DNA of 31,104 nt, taken from positions 1-31,104 of IMG/VR virus record IMGVR_UViG_3300032301_000205; one strand, 5' to 3'. Shown piece by piece: positions 9,099 to 18,224 of this stretch; the first letter of the stretch is position 1, and each line of letters begins with the position of its first letter. A program made the translations under genes and the position numbers. This DNA comes from a virus. Its lineage: Duplodnaviria > Caudoviricetes. Under the pieces are notes generated by a model. That model worked only from the letters and a program-made list of their open reading frames with translations, was not told the DNA's origin and searched no databases.

Positions 9099-9168
9099 AT
9101 GCAAAAGTTCCCTATACCATCATTGCATTGTCTGCTGGGGCAGTTGGTATAAGTTTAAACACCCAGAT
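9099..9168 (-). ncRNA. Pseudoknotted RNA downstream of the Mu-gpT-like capsid gene, likely the Mu-gpT-DE motif
   Basis: Minus-strand pairings CUGGG/CCCAG, CUUAUACCA/UGGUAUAGG and AUGCAA/UUGCAU. Its location matches the described Mu-gpT downstream element. Family assignment is from memory. Confidence 0.55.
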
Positions 9169-9174
9169 GTTCCA

Positions 9175-9203
9175 TTTATACACTGAATTTAAACGGCTTG
9201 CAA
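9175..9203 (-). promoter_or_regulatory. Sigma70-like promoter
   Basis: TTGCAA-17 nt-TATAAA on the minus strand, between the MCP terminator and the structured leader. Confidence 0.55.
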
Positions 9204-9214
9204 TCTTTTTATGC

Positions 9215-9242
9215 AAGAAAAAACCCCGCTTTTGGCGGGGTT
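9215..9242 (-). terminator. Rho-independent terminator after the MCP gene
   Basis: Minus strand AACCCCGC-caaaa-GCGGGGTTTTTTCTT. Confidence 0.8.
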
Positions 9243-9265
9243 CTTCATATTACACAGGTGGCTGA

Positions 9266-10180
9266 TTAAGCACCTGGTGATCCCCACATTCCGAGTGGAT
9301 CTGACCAACCGAAAGAATAACGCTCACGAGACTTGTAACGAACGTTACCAGTGTCGAAATCGCCGTCCATTGAGTTGCTTAATGGAGTACGCACGAAGTG
9401 CTTCATTCCATTAGGAACATCAGTAGTCAAGTAGTAACCGTTTGGATCTGTGAGGTAGTTATTAACTGTGTAACCTTCAGATACAGAACCGTTGTTCTTG
9501 ATAGCGTTGATGTCGTTGTCAGTTGTGCCAACACGCAATTCAGTTTCGAGCAAGCGAGTTGCAACGAACTGGAGTGCAGGAGGAACAACCAATTTCTTAG
9601 GTTTAGCAGCGATTAACAAGCCACGCTCGTCTGTCCACTGAGCGATTTGAATAACGGCAGCTTCCAAGGAAGTTTCGTTCAAATCAGCAGCAGTAGCTTG
9701 AGTGTTGCTGTTAGTACCACCAGACACTAATGGGTGTGCTGTAGAAAACAATGGAACGCCATCACCACCGTAATAAGCGGCAGAGTTAGTGAAACCGTTG
9801 TTCAATACTGCAGCGGCTTTAACCTGTTTGGTGTAAGCCATAGCACGAGCCAAAGCCTTAGTGTAGCGAGCTGACAAAGAATCGTAGAGGTTGTCTTCGA
9901 TTGCTTCTTCAGTCAAGCTAAAGCCAAGGGCAATAGTTTCGTGGTTGTAACGAGCTGTGAAAGCTTCTTGAGCATTGTCGTAACGAATAGCAGAGCCTTC
10001 GTTTTTAACAGGAGCTGCAGAGAAACCTGACAGTTTTGTTTCTTCTTCAAATGAACGCTCAGAGGTCTCAGTATCGTAGATCTCTTTATGCTGTTCGCCA
10101 TATGTTGCGTACTCAAGTCCAAACAAAGCGTTCAGTCCTGGGAGCAACTCTTTCAGTAGTTGTGCACGTGAAATAGCCAT
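9266..10180 (-). CDS. Major capsid protein (Mu gpT-like, HK97 fold)
   Basis: MAISRAQLLKELLPGLNALFGLEY...RERYSFGWSDP is a recognisable MCP family pattern. Position fits downstream of scaffold and portal. Confidence 0.9.
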   Translation of the reverse strand: MAISRAQLLKELLPGLNALFGLEYATYGEQHKEIYDTETSERSFEEETKLSGFSAAPVKNEGSAIRYDNAQEAFTARYNHETIALGFSLTEEAIEDNLYDSLSARYTKALARAMAYTKQVKAAAVLNNGFTNSAAYYGGDGVPLFSTAHPLVSGGTNSNTQATAADLNETSLEAAVIQIAQWTDERGLLIAAKPKKLVVPPALQFVATRLLETELRVGTTDNDINAIKNNGSVSEGYTVNNYLTDPNGYYLTTDVPNGMKHFVRTPLSNSMDGDFDTGNVRYKSRERYSFGWSDPLGMWGSPGA

Positions 10181-10193
10181 TTAAATGCTCCTA

Positions 10194-10808
10194 TTAAGCT
10201 GCAGTAGCTACACCAGTAGCGCTGTAGTAAGTGTGAGTACCGAAGTTAAATTTAACAATAACTTCTGTGAAAGAACCCGAAGCATTAACTGTTTCTGGAA
10301 TACCAGCAACTATACGCATAGGTAAAGTTGAAGTACTAGCTGTAGTAGCTGAAACAGATGCGTTTGAGTCACCTGTGGTTGTGCTGCCAGCGGTCAAGAT
10401 TAAAGCTGTATTTTGACCAATAGCTGCTTGTGTTACACCAGAAATTGTTGATGCGCCAGCAGCAGTTACGGCAACTTTGAACAATGCATCTGGATCATCC
10501 AAAACAAACGCTTGAATGTCAGAAGCCACTGTAGAAGCTGGGTAATACTGTTGTTGCAACAACTGTTTGGTTGTTGGGTTTGTGAACTGACAACCCAAGA
10601 AAATGCCAACTGCATCGGTTGCGGTAGCTGTGGTTGAAACCTTGCTTAATGTACCACCTGTGTTCAAACGTACGACATCACCGTAAAAAATCGATGTGCC
10701 AGAGCCAGAGGCGATAGGGAAAAAGCGAGTTGAACCAGCAAATACCTGACCGCCGATCAAATTGATCGGTTGAAATCCGTAAGGACCTGAAACGGTAGGA
10801 TAAGCCAT
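10194..10808 (-). CDS. Capsid cement/decoration-type protein
   Basis: YGFQP...IFYGDVV...GIFLGC...DDPD, directly upstream of the MCP. Confidence 0.6.
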   Translation of the reverse strand: MAYPTVSGPYGFQPINLIGGQVFAGSTRFFPIASGSGTSIFYGDVVRLNTGGTLSKVSTTATATDAVGIFLGCQFTNPTTKQLLQQQYYPASTVASDIQAFVLDDPDALFKVAVTAAGASTISGVTQAAIGQNTALILTAGSTTTGDSNASVSATTASTSTLPMRIVAGIPETVNASGSFTEVIVKFNFGTHTYYSATGVATAA

Positions 10809-10830
10809 TTAAAACTCCTAATTAATAAAA

Positions 10831-11277
10831 TTAACCTTTGCCAAAGCTAGTCGTGGATTTGTTCTCTTTAAAGAGCGGCATCCTTGGGTCGCTTTGACGC
10901 ATTAAATTATTGTCTACAGCCTCTGTCTGAGCGTCCGCTTGTAATTGATAATGTTGATTACGTTGCTGAACAAATTCAGTTGGAGTCTTGCAAAGCAATA
11001 ACCCGCCAACCTCAACTTGGTCTTTATATCGACTGTTGGGATCAACTAACAGTTGGAAATGCGGTTGTTCCTCAATTGATACTGGCTCCCAGCCCTCTCT
11101 CATTTTTGATGAGACATTGCGTGGATCTGCAGCATTCAATGTTGAAACACGAATCCATCGATACGCATACCCAGGCTGTTTATCTGGCTCAGGTAGTAAT
11201 TCCGCTGGCATCCACTGCTTGGGACGTTCATTGGTTGTACGGGTATCAACTTCACGGGTAGTTCTATTCGTAGACAT
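10831..11277 (-). CDS. Conserved head-module hypothetical protein
   Basis: GYAYRWIR...REGWEPV...GGLLLCK, between scaffold and capsid genes. Confidence 0.7.
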   Translation of the reverse strand: MSTNRTTREVDTRTTNERPKQWMPAELLPEPDKQPGYAYRWIRVSTLNAADPRNVSSKMREGWEPVSIEEQPHFQLLVDPNSRYKDQVEVGGLLLCKTPTEFVQQRNQHYQLQADAQTEAVDNNLMRQSDPRMPLFKENKSTTSFGKG

Positions 11278-11278
11278 T

Positions 11279-12196
11279 TTAAGACTCCATTTTCATAAGT
11301 TCACGGGCGTATTGCTCAGGTGTAAGTCCTAACCTCTTAGCAATGTTTTGCTGGGAAGTGTTTAGCTTTATCTTTTTCGAAGATGTGCTACGGCTTGCTG
11401 AGGCGACAACAGTACTCGGTTTCGTACGAGGCTTGTCTTCTTCTGCGTCCTCGAAATTCTCAGGGAATCTCTTACGCATTGTGTCGTCAATGCGTTTGTA
11501 ATACTCATCAGTCGTAGCATAAGCCATACCATTTTCTTTGACAAGCTTTTCGTGCAAGCCAAGTGCAAGGCTGGTCATTTCGTCATCCTGCCCAAACCAA
11601 GAGTTTCGCTCTTGCCATGTTGCGGCTTTAGAATCACGAACAGGCTGTTGCTGACGCTGTTGTGGTATTTGTACTTCATTTTCTCGCTCTTGTAAAGCCC
11701 TACGTTGACTAACGCTTTCTGCAGCGTTTATTGCCTTATCCATCTTGATCTTGGCGGAGGTCATTTTTTCCTGTGCTTCTACCAATTTCTCGGAGTCGCC
11801 AGCCTCATAAGCTTCACGATACTCCTTCTTAGCCATAGATAATTCTTGCTCTGCAGTCACCTTATAAGAATCAACGGCAACTTTTTCAGTGCTGTTTACA
11901 CGACCTTTTAAGGCTTTGTTTTCCTCAAAAAGCGTTTTAGCTAAATTAATAGCCTCTTCACGCTCACGGTCAGCCGCTTCTTTGGCTCTCCGCTCGTCAT
12001 GATAGATCTTGCGAAACCCAGCAATCTTCTGCTTTGCCGCCTCAGAATACTCATCTAGCTCGTCTTTCTCCATCTGTTCGACAAACTCAGGCTCTGAAGG
12101 CTTTCTACCTTTATCCGCTGGCGGGGTATCGTCTTCAATTTCAATCTCAACGTTATCCTCGACTTCATCGGGAAACTTGAATTCTTCTTTATCCAT
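11279..12196 (-). CDS. Capsid scaffolding protein
   Basis: Acidic coiled-coil protein with C-terminal IAKRLGLTPEQYA, in canonical position. Confidence 0.7.
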   Translation of the reverse strand: MDKEEFKFPDEVEDNVEIEIEDDTPPADKGRKPSEPEFVEQMEKDELDEYSEAAKQKIAGFRKIYHDERRAKEAADREREEAINLAKTLFEENKALKGRVNSTEKVAVDSYKVTAEQELSMAKKEYREAYEAGDSEKLVEAQEKMTSAKIKMDKAINAAESVSQRRALQERENEVQIPQQRQQQPVRDSKAATWQERNSWFGQDDEMTSLALGLHEKLVKENGMAYATTDEYYKRIDDTMRKRFPENFEDAEEDKPRTKPSTVVASASRSTSSKKIKLNTSQQNIAKRLGLTPEQYARELMKMES

Positions 12197-12208
12197 CTCG
12201 TCTTCTCC

Positions 12209-12613
12209 TTATTTTCGTTTAATACCACGTGGATCATCTACTACACCTTCCACAGAATCATCGTTGATCATGCGAAATTCTCTGCCATGAATCACTAGTC
12301 GGCTTCCAGCGTATGGTCTGACAAGGATAAAGTCACCCTGTTTACACCATGCACCGCTAGGAAAACGCTTGTCATCCTTATAGCAATCGGGTCCAAGCTC
12401 AACAACAAATAAGACTGTGGTCAACGTTTCTTCGTTCTGAACTGTTGAATCTGCCTTAAGAATGCCGCTCTCGTACTCTTTTTCAATATCTGGAATGGCG
12501 CATAGAATGCGGTATCCAGAAGGTTTTGGTAGTTGTCTTGCTTTTTCGTCTGCTTCTTTATTCATCACAGCTGATAAGTCGACAGCTTGCGATAAATTAA
12601 TTGGATTATTCAT
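12209..12613 (-). CDS. groES: GroES-like co-chaperonin
   Basis: PSGYRIL...SGIL...VVELGPD...GDFIL...GREFRMINDDSVEGVV follows the Cpn10 pattern. Confidence 0.8.
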   Translation of the reverse strand: MNNPINLSQAVDLSAVMNKEADEKARQLPKPSGYRILCAIPDIEKEYESGILKADSTVQNEETLTTVLFVVELGPDCYKDDKRFPSGAWCKQGDFILVRPYAGSRLVIHGREFRMINDDSVEGVVDDPRGIKRK

Positions 12614-12794
12614 CCGATCTCTCCATTCGATCTCTGAGGTCTAATACGTATCCCCTAGCGATCAGCAGACCTCGAATCTCACCGCAGGTTTTTTTGTAAT
12701 CCTCGAACTTTTCAAAGTTGCCAGTAGCGGTGGCATCCTTAAGTTGTTCGATCTTTTCGTTAAATTGAATTACCAAGACCTCTAGTTCGGTCAT
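12606..12794 (-). CDS. Small hypothetical protein
   Basis: Coupled to the portal stop, GGAGG RBS, YKKTCGEIRGL motif. Confidence 0.7.
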   Translation of the reverse strand: MTELEVLVIQFNEKIEQLKDATATGNFEKFEDYKKTCGEIRGLLIARGYVLDLRDRMERSDE

Positions 12795-15229
12795 TGATTG
12801 CCTCCTCTGTTACGTGATTTAGCGATGTCAATCCCCATACGGGTAGCTTCCATCTCATCTAGGCGGTTCATCTTGTCTTTGTCGTATGCGACTTTGATGC
12901 CTAGTTTTGTACCCTCAATGTTTTCCATAGAGGCGATCCGCTCCCGCTCAATCTGAAGTTGCTCTTGTTTGAGTTGGACATCGGCTTGATCTTTTTGCGC
13001 TTTACGTTGTACGTCTTGCGCTTTGATCTGCAATTCCTGTTGCTGCATTGCGATAATTGGATCTTGCGCCTGTTGCTGGGCAATGTCCTGAGCCGCTTTC
13101 TTCTGATTGATAAGCAGAAGTTGTGAGCTGGCATCGGCAACCAAGCGAGAGATCTGTACTTCGTATTCCTCTGGAATCTGCTCGTTTTCTTCGCTGTCTG
13201 GATCGTATGCTGGCAATGGAGCGCCCAATTGCTGTTCGATAAGCTGACGGTATTTAAATCCGTAGTGCTCTGCGATGTGCGCTTGGAGCGCTGCGGTAAT
13301 TTGCTGCGCCATTGGGTTTTGACCAATAATCTGAGCAGTCAATGGATCTTGCAAGAAATTGGTATGAGACAGGATATGAGCGTCTTGATTCTGGTAAGAG
13401 AAAGCCTTGACGGGTTTGCCAACCAATACCGCCATATTTTCACTAATCGGATCTTGTGGCTTCTTGTCATCCTCTAGCTGAACTAGCTTTTCCGCATTCT
13501 TAATTCCAAGAACTTCTAACATCTGACGATGTAGTAATGGAAGGTTATAAAGCTGTGGCGCTTGCTGGGCTAACTGCAGTACAGCTTGGTACTGAACAAT
13601 CTTTTGCGCCATCGTAGCGGCATTGGGATCTGACACAGGAATAACAGCAACCAATTCATAGTCTGTCTTCTTGGCACGAGGACGACCATCGACTGGCTCG
13701 TAGTCATATTCTTCTGGGGTGTAATCCCGAATAATATCTTTTAAAAGACCTAACTCTTGCTTCATTGAGTAATGAACACGGGCTTGTACCGCACTCATTA
13801 CTTTGAGGGTTCTTTCTAAAATTGCCAGCGTAGTTCCAACTGGGGAGTTGGCAGACATATCGGCAATCTTCATATCCGCTGCTGAAGCGAATCTGCGACC
13901 TTCTTCTACGATTGTGCCGAGCAATGAATACAATACTTGGCTTGGCTCTTTGTACGGAAGTGGCAGAATGTTGTCACGCATTGCTCCACTTGGTACATCT
14001 ACATCTCTAAATTCACCTGGGGAGATTGGAGTGTCGTCTCCCTTTATCCGCATACCCCTAGTTTTGAAACCACCTGGAAGATTTGACAGAGTTCCTGCAT
14101 CCACCAGCTGCCTAATAAGGGAAGTACCAGACTTAGCAAAAGCGCCCACAAGATGAATAAGACCAAAACAATAAAAGCCAAAGCCTGGAACATATCCATA
14201 ATGGACGAAATGCTGACGCTTTTGTTTGGTTTCATCTTCTGGTCTCCAGTTACGTCTAATTGCTAGAACTTCTTGAGTACTTTTCTCAATGGTGACAACA
14301 TATGGCAGGGCAATTCCAGTCTCTTCCCCGTCTTCTTCGTCTTCATATCCAGGCAAGTCTAGGTTGACGTGCATTTCTAAAATCTTAAAGCGGTCATCAG
14401 ATGTAGCTCTAAAGCCCATCTTCTCCGCAATTTTTTTCTCTACTTCATCTAAAGCTGTTGAAGGCTCTCCCAAGTCAACGTCTCGGTAGAATCCAGAAAA
14501 CTGTAGTCTCTTTAATTCATTCTCGGTCTTACGCATGACGTGAGTAACACGCTCTGCTGACTGAAGACTAGAAGCGCCATAAGGAACCACGATGTCCTCG
14601 GCTGGCACAAACATGGAGACCTGACGATCCAATTGCGGATCAAAATAGACTTTCTTAAAAGCGTTACCAGAAAGACCTAAGCCCCAGATCATTCTTTCGT
14701 GCTCAGGACGGAACTCAGTCATCACGTCCGTCAGCTGGTAGTTCATATCATCTTGAACTCTTAATGCGGCATCCCTTTTCTCTTGGGTGTCTTTACCGAT
14801 AATCTGGGTCTTGACTGGTCCAGCGGCAGGGAAAGTATCCATGATTGTCTCAGCTTGGAATTTAACCAGCGCTTCACTGAGTAATGGATGGTAGACTCCA
14901 CAAGCCCCCTCCCAAGGTTCTGTTCTTTCTTCAATCTTCATTCCTAGTAATTCAAGACCGTCAACATACGTTTGAATCCAGTCTTTACGGGCGGAGATGT
15001 CGTCTTCAAAATCGCCTAGCAAGTCACCAGCAATTTCAGTTAATTCACGGTCAGTTAAATATTCTGCAAGGTTGTCGTTGAAGGTATCGTCTTCTGGCTC
15101 AAGATCAAGCTCAACCCCATTAATACTGACAGACTCTGGATCTTCGATTTCGATCTCAATAATAGGTTCTTCCGTTGGAAGGGAATCCAGTCCGACTGGG
15201 GCTTGGTATAGACTTTTTTCAATTGACAT
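12791..15229 (-). CDS. Portal protein (P22-like, long Gln-rich C-terminal coiled coil)
   Basis: 812 aa immediately after TerL, with GNAFKKVYFD and a helical C-terminal barrel region. Confidence 0.85.
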   Translation of the reverse strand: MSIEKSLYQAPVGLDSLPTEEPIIEIEIEDPESVSINGVELDLEPEDDTFNDNLAEYLTDRELTEIAGDLLGDFEDDISARKDWIQTYVDGLELLGMKIEERTEPWEGACGVYHPLLSEALVKFQAETIMDTFPAAGPVKTQIIGKDTQEKRDAALRVQDDMNYQLTDVMTEFRPEHERMIWGLGLSGNAFKKVYFDPQLDRQVSMFVPAEDIVVPYGASSLQSAERVTHVMRKTENELKRLQFSGFYRDVDLGEPSTALDEVEKKIAEKMGFRATSDDRFKILEMHVNLDLPGYEDEEDGEETGIALPYVVTIEKSTQEVLAIRRNWRPEDETKQKRQHFVHYGYVPGFGFYCFGLIHLVGAFAKSGTSLIRQLVDAGTLSNLPGGFKTRGMRIKGDDTPISPGEFRDVDVPSGAMRDNILPLPYKEPSQVLYSLLGTIVEEGRRFASAADMKIADMSANSPVGTTLAILERTLKVMSAVQARVHYSMKQELGLLKDIIRDYTPEEYDYEPVDGRPRAKKTDYELVAVIPVSDPNAATMAQKIVQYQAVLQLAQQAPQLYNLPLLHRQMLEVLGIKNAEKLVQLEDDKKPQDPISENMAVLVGKPVKAFSYQNQDAHILSHTNFLQDPLTAQIIGQNPMAQQITAALQAHIAEHYGFKYRQLIEQQLGAPLPAYDPDSEENEQIPEEYEVQISRLVADASSQLLLINQKKAAQDIAQQQAQDPIIAMQQQELQIKAQDVQRKAQKDQADVQLKQEQLQIERERIASMENIEGTKLGIKVAYDKDKMNRLDEMEATRMGIDIAKSRNRGGNQ

Positions 15230-15238
15230 ACGTCATCC

Positions 15239-16735
15239 TTAGTAATATGCCGCTTTTTTGCGTGGCATAATTTCATCTTGCTCATCAGAGTTTAAACGGA
15301 TAAACCCGCCCTGACGAAATCTTAACAAAGCTTGGCTGGTTGAGTCCACTAAGTCGTCATGGTCGCCGTTAGGGAAAGAGGCACATTCTTCCATGACTTC
15401 ATCCGCCCAGCGAGTATCTGGACACCAAACAAAACCAGAAGCAAATAAATCTGATATAGCGTTTACACGAGCTATTTTATCCGAACCTTTGCCTGGGGTA
15501 TAGTCCTGCAAGGGGATGCCCATCCTTCTCATCTCATAAATCAATGGAGCACCCGCAGCTTTCTTCTCCACGATACAGGCATCAGGCTCCCATTCTTTAT
15601 AAAGCTCTAGCGCTTTTTGTTTTAGCTCAGGGAACTCTAGCCGCTCCTTGTATGCGTCTAGCAAAATGATATGAGCAACTTCAAATCCGCCTGAATCAAT
15701 TTTAAAAAAGACACCCCACGTAGTACACGCTGAGTAGTCGGCACGATTTGACTTTTCAAACGCAGTGTCCCATGATTGGATTATGAATTCACATTTCGGA
15801 GGGGTATCTTTGTCCCAAATTTTCCACATCTCCCTCTTTATGATTGCGCCTTCTTCTGATGTGGGGTTCTGTTGGTACTGAGCTTCCCATTTGCCTACAG
15901 GGATCTCCGCTTTAATCGCCTCTAATTCAGATTGTTTCCAGAATTCTGCCCATAATGGCTTGCCAGAAGGTAAAAGTGCAGGAAATTCAATGGTTTCCCA
16001 CTCATCTCCGTCCCTTTTGATGGAGTTTTGGATGATTTGCCCTGTTAAATCCCGTTTTGACCAGCGTGTCATCACCACAATGATCGCCCCGCCAGGTTGG
16101 AGACGCTGACGAGGACCCGATGAGTACCATTCATACACCCGATCGTAGACCAATGGGTTGCCTTGCATCGCTTCTTGCTCAGAATGCGGGTCATCAATGA
16201 TTAAAACATCAGCGCCTTTACCCGTTACAGCTCCGCCGACACCGATAGCGAAGTAATCACCACCCTTATTGGTGTTCCAACGACCCGCTGCCTTACTGTC
16301 TGAGGATAGTTTGATCGGAAAGACCTTCTGGTAGTCGGGCGAATTGACTAAATTCCTGACTTTTCTTCCGAATCCAGTTGCTAATTCAGCGGTATGCGCT
16401 GTTTGAATGATCTTCTTCTCAGGATACTTACCCAAAAACCAAGCGGGGAATAGGAAAGAGGCGAACTCGGACTTAGTATGGCGAGGAGGCATATTAATAA
16501 TAAGTCTTTTGAGGGATCCATTTGCTACCCTTTCAAAGGCATCCGCCATAATTGCGTGGTGTCGACCAGGAATGAAGGCAGACCACATCTGCCGCACGAA
16601 GGGCATGAAGTTTTCCTTACATCGGTCGGTCTTATCCGCATCCAATAATTGATAAATCTTCGGAATCTGCGGTGAGTCCTTTGGTAGAACGTCCAATAAG
16701 GCGATGTACTGTTTGACTTCATCTTGGGTTAGCAT
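15239..16735 (-). CDS. terL: Terminase large subunit
   Basis: Walker A-like MPPRHTKSE, Walker B IIDDPH, nuclease SWDTA...HDDLVDS. Start at MLTQ (16735) or at 16744. Confidence 0.93.
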   Translation of the reverse strand: MLTQDEVKQYIALLDVLPKDSPQIPKIYQLLDADKTDRCKENFMPFVRQMWSAFIPGRHHAIMADAFERVANGSLKRLIINMPPRHTKSEFASFLFPAWFLGKYPEKKIIQTAHTAELATGFGRKVRNLVNSPDYQKVFPIKLSSDSKAAGRWNTNKGGDYFAIGVGGAVTGKGADVLIIDDPHSEQEAMQGNPLVYDRVYEWYSSGPRQRLQPGGAIIVVMTRWSKRDLTGQIIQNSIKRDGDEWETIEFPALLPSGKPLWAEFWKQSELEAIKAEIPVGKWEAQYQQNPTSEEGAIIKREMWKIWDKDTPPKCEFIIQSWDTAFEKSNRADYSACTTWGVFFKIDSGGFEVAHIILLDAYKERLEFPELKQKALELYKEWEPDACIVEKKAAGAPLIYEMRRMGIPLQDYTPGKGSDKIARVNAISDLFASGFVWCPDTRWADEVMEECASFPNGDHDDLVDSTSQALLRFRQGGFIRLNSDEQDEIMPRKKAAYY

Positions 16736-16944
16736 TAACCGCAAGCCTTATGTTCTCTACCTTGAACCTCACGGATGATGCAGCCATTCTCCCAACGAGG
16801 AGTGGGTTTTGGGCAACGCTTCTTTACATCGGGTGGAATATCGGGATCAGAACAAGCATATACCTTTGGCTCATCCCGCATATTGACAGTGATAAATGTG
16901 ACAAGCGCTATCGTCATTAGACAGATCATTAGCCAAGATCTCAT
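16735..16944 (-). CDS. Small membrane-anchored Cys-containing protein
   Basis: N-terminal hydrophobic helix, several Cys, coupled to both neighbours. Confidence 0.55.
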   Translation of the reverse strand: MRSWLMICLMTIALVTFITVNMRDEPKVYACSDPDIPPDVKKRCPKPTPRWENGCIIREVQGREHKACG

Positions 16945-17171
16945 AGCTTGGAGATCTCCTGTACCGATTTATCGATGACCTTGAGGGAGCGGACCATATG
17001 GGGTTTTACTTGGAGTAGTCCTTTATCCTTCAAATCATGTACCAGACGGTGGATATTAGACTTACTCCGCAACTTCAATCCTGTAGCAATGTCCATGTAG
17101 CTAGGGGGAAACCCCTTCATCTTGATGTACAGGTTAATAAAATCCAACACCATCTTCTGTCTCTCAGTCAT
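16941..17171 (-). CDS. LexA-type winged-HTH DNA-binding protein (no peptidase domain)
   Basis: MTERQKMVLDFI...GFPPSYMDIA..L.LRSKSNIHRLV..L..KG matches the LexA N-terminal domain. Confidence 0.8.
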   Translation of the reverse strand: MTERQKMVLDFINLYIKMKGFPPSYMDIATGLKLRSKSNIHRLVHDLKDKGLLQVKPHMVRSLKVIDKSVQEISKL

Positions 17172-17316
17172 TACTCTCATCCTCACGCTTGATTTGCTCT
17201 AGCATTTTGTTAGTGTCATAGGTTTGTTTAAACATCGCTATGAACTGTTGGCGATCCGCATAACTCATACTCATGTATTGGCGGAACAGTTGGTTAGCTG
17301 TCAAGCTCATGGTCAT
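17164..17316 (-). CDS. 50-aa hypothetical protein (not in ORF track)
   Basis: Hand translation MTMSLTANQLFRQY...EDESND. The stop overlaps the HTH gene start. Confidence 0.5.
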   Translation of the reverse strand: MTMSLTANQLFRQYMSMSYADRQQFIAMFKQTYDTNKMLEQIKREDESND

Positions 17317-17458
17317 CCCATCCAGTTAATTGATAAACCATATCTATGCACGATGAGAGACAGGTGGGGCAAAAAGCAATAGGTAGTTTGCCAAAGTTAC
17401 CAACTACACCACCTTCCTCTTCGAGGGAGTAGTCTTTATCACAGATAGTGCAATTCAT
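17294..17458 (-). CDS. 54-aa zinc-ribbon protein (not in ORF track)
   Basis: Hand translation MNCTICDKDY...FCPTCLSSC..., AAGGAAG RBS. Confidence 0.6.
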   Translation of the reverse strand: MNCTICDKDYSLEEEGGVVGNFGKLPIAFCPTCLSSCIDMVYQLTGWDDHELDS

Positions 17459-17513
17459 TTACTTCCTTTGTTAAGGGGGGTACTCACGTTCCAAACAACG
17501 CTTTCCCCGATGG

Positions 17514-17657
17514 TCATTTCAATAGTTCCATTGCTTTACGGACAGACGCTATAGCGCTACCCATTTCTTCACGCTCTTGTCCCCGCATTTCTGCTTGGAG
17601 TGCCATGAGGCTTAGTACCACATTCTTTAGTTTGCTAATCAATAATTCATTCTTCAT
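17514..17657 (-). CDS. 47-aa hypothetical protein (not in ORF track)
   Basis: Hand translation MKNELLISKLKNVV...AMELLK. Confidence 0.45.
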   Translation of the reverse strand: MKNELLISKLKNVVLSLMALQAEMRGQEREEMGSAIASVRKAMELLK

Positions 17658-17783
17658 CTAAAACAAGCTTTCTTGTAATACTGTTGGCTCTATCCATCGA
17701 TACGTAGTTATTTCTTTTTCTTCTATGTAGCGTACCTTCTGCTCAAACGACATTCCCCTGTAACCCCTGAACATCTTTGCCAT
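17658..17783 (-). CDS. Short hypothetical protein (3' part of track ORF 17658..17993)
   Basis: MAKMFRGYRG...QESLF abuts the next ATG. The upstream extension crosses G-run non-coding-like DNA. Confidence 0.3.
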   Translation of the reverse strand: MAKMFRGYRGMSFEQKVRYIEEKEITTYRWIEPTVLQESLF

Positions 17784-18056
17784 TGCTTTAGTAAATTCTG
17801 GATTCAGTTTGTCTGGTCGTGGTGCAAATTCAGTTTTCAATTTTATATACACCCCCGTAGGAACGAAAAGGAAACGTTCGGGGGGTAGTTTGCCATATCG
17901 TTTAAACGAAAGCAAGCGGGAAATTTGATAGGGGGTGGGGGTACAAATTTTATGACTACTGCACGTGGACAGGAAGGCAGAAAAAATATCCACTTGTCAT
18001 TTCCTTTGTCGTCTGCCTAGCTACCCCCATTGTAAAGTTTTGCAAAGTTATTGTAA

Positions 18057-18072
18057 TGTTTCACGTGGAACA
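18057..18072. promoter_or_regulatory. parS: Chromosomal-type parS (ParB-binding) site
   Basis: TGTTTCACGTGGAACA, whose reverse complement TGTTCCACGTGAAACA fits the widespread parS consensus TGTTNCACGTGAAACA. Confidence 0.75.
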
Positions 18073-18224
18073 AGAGAACGTTCGTATTGCTAAATAGTGT
18101 GTATGGGATGTGTGTTTTATAGCGTATAGCGTGTGGCGGGTGTGCGGTCGTATATGCTTGGTGGGGGGGTCGGTGGGGTCGATCAAAGCCGATTTGACGA
18201 TGCCGACCCATCGTGACGCATGAG

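Noticed and set aside
1599-16978. Plus-strand ORFs opposite the structural operon, and minus-strand ORFs within 20068-22948
   Set aside because: They are antisense shadows of well-supported genes with no RBS or recognisable motifs.
18017-18211. 64-aa minus-strand ORF (MGRHRQ...)
   Set aside because: It arises from low-complexity G/C runs, has no RBS and spans the parS site.
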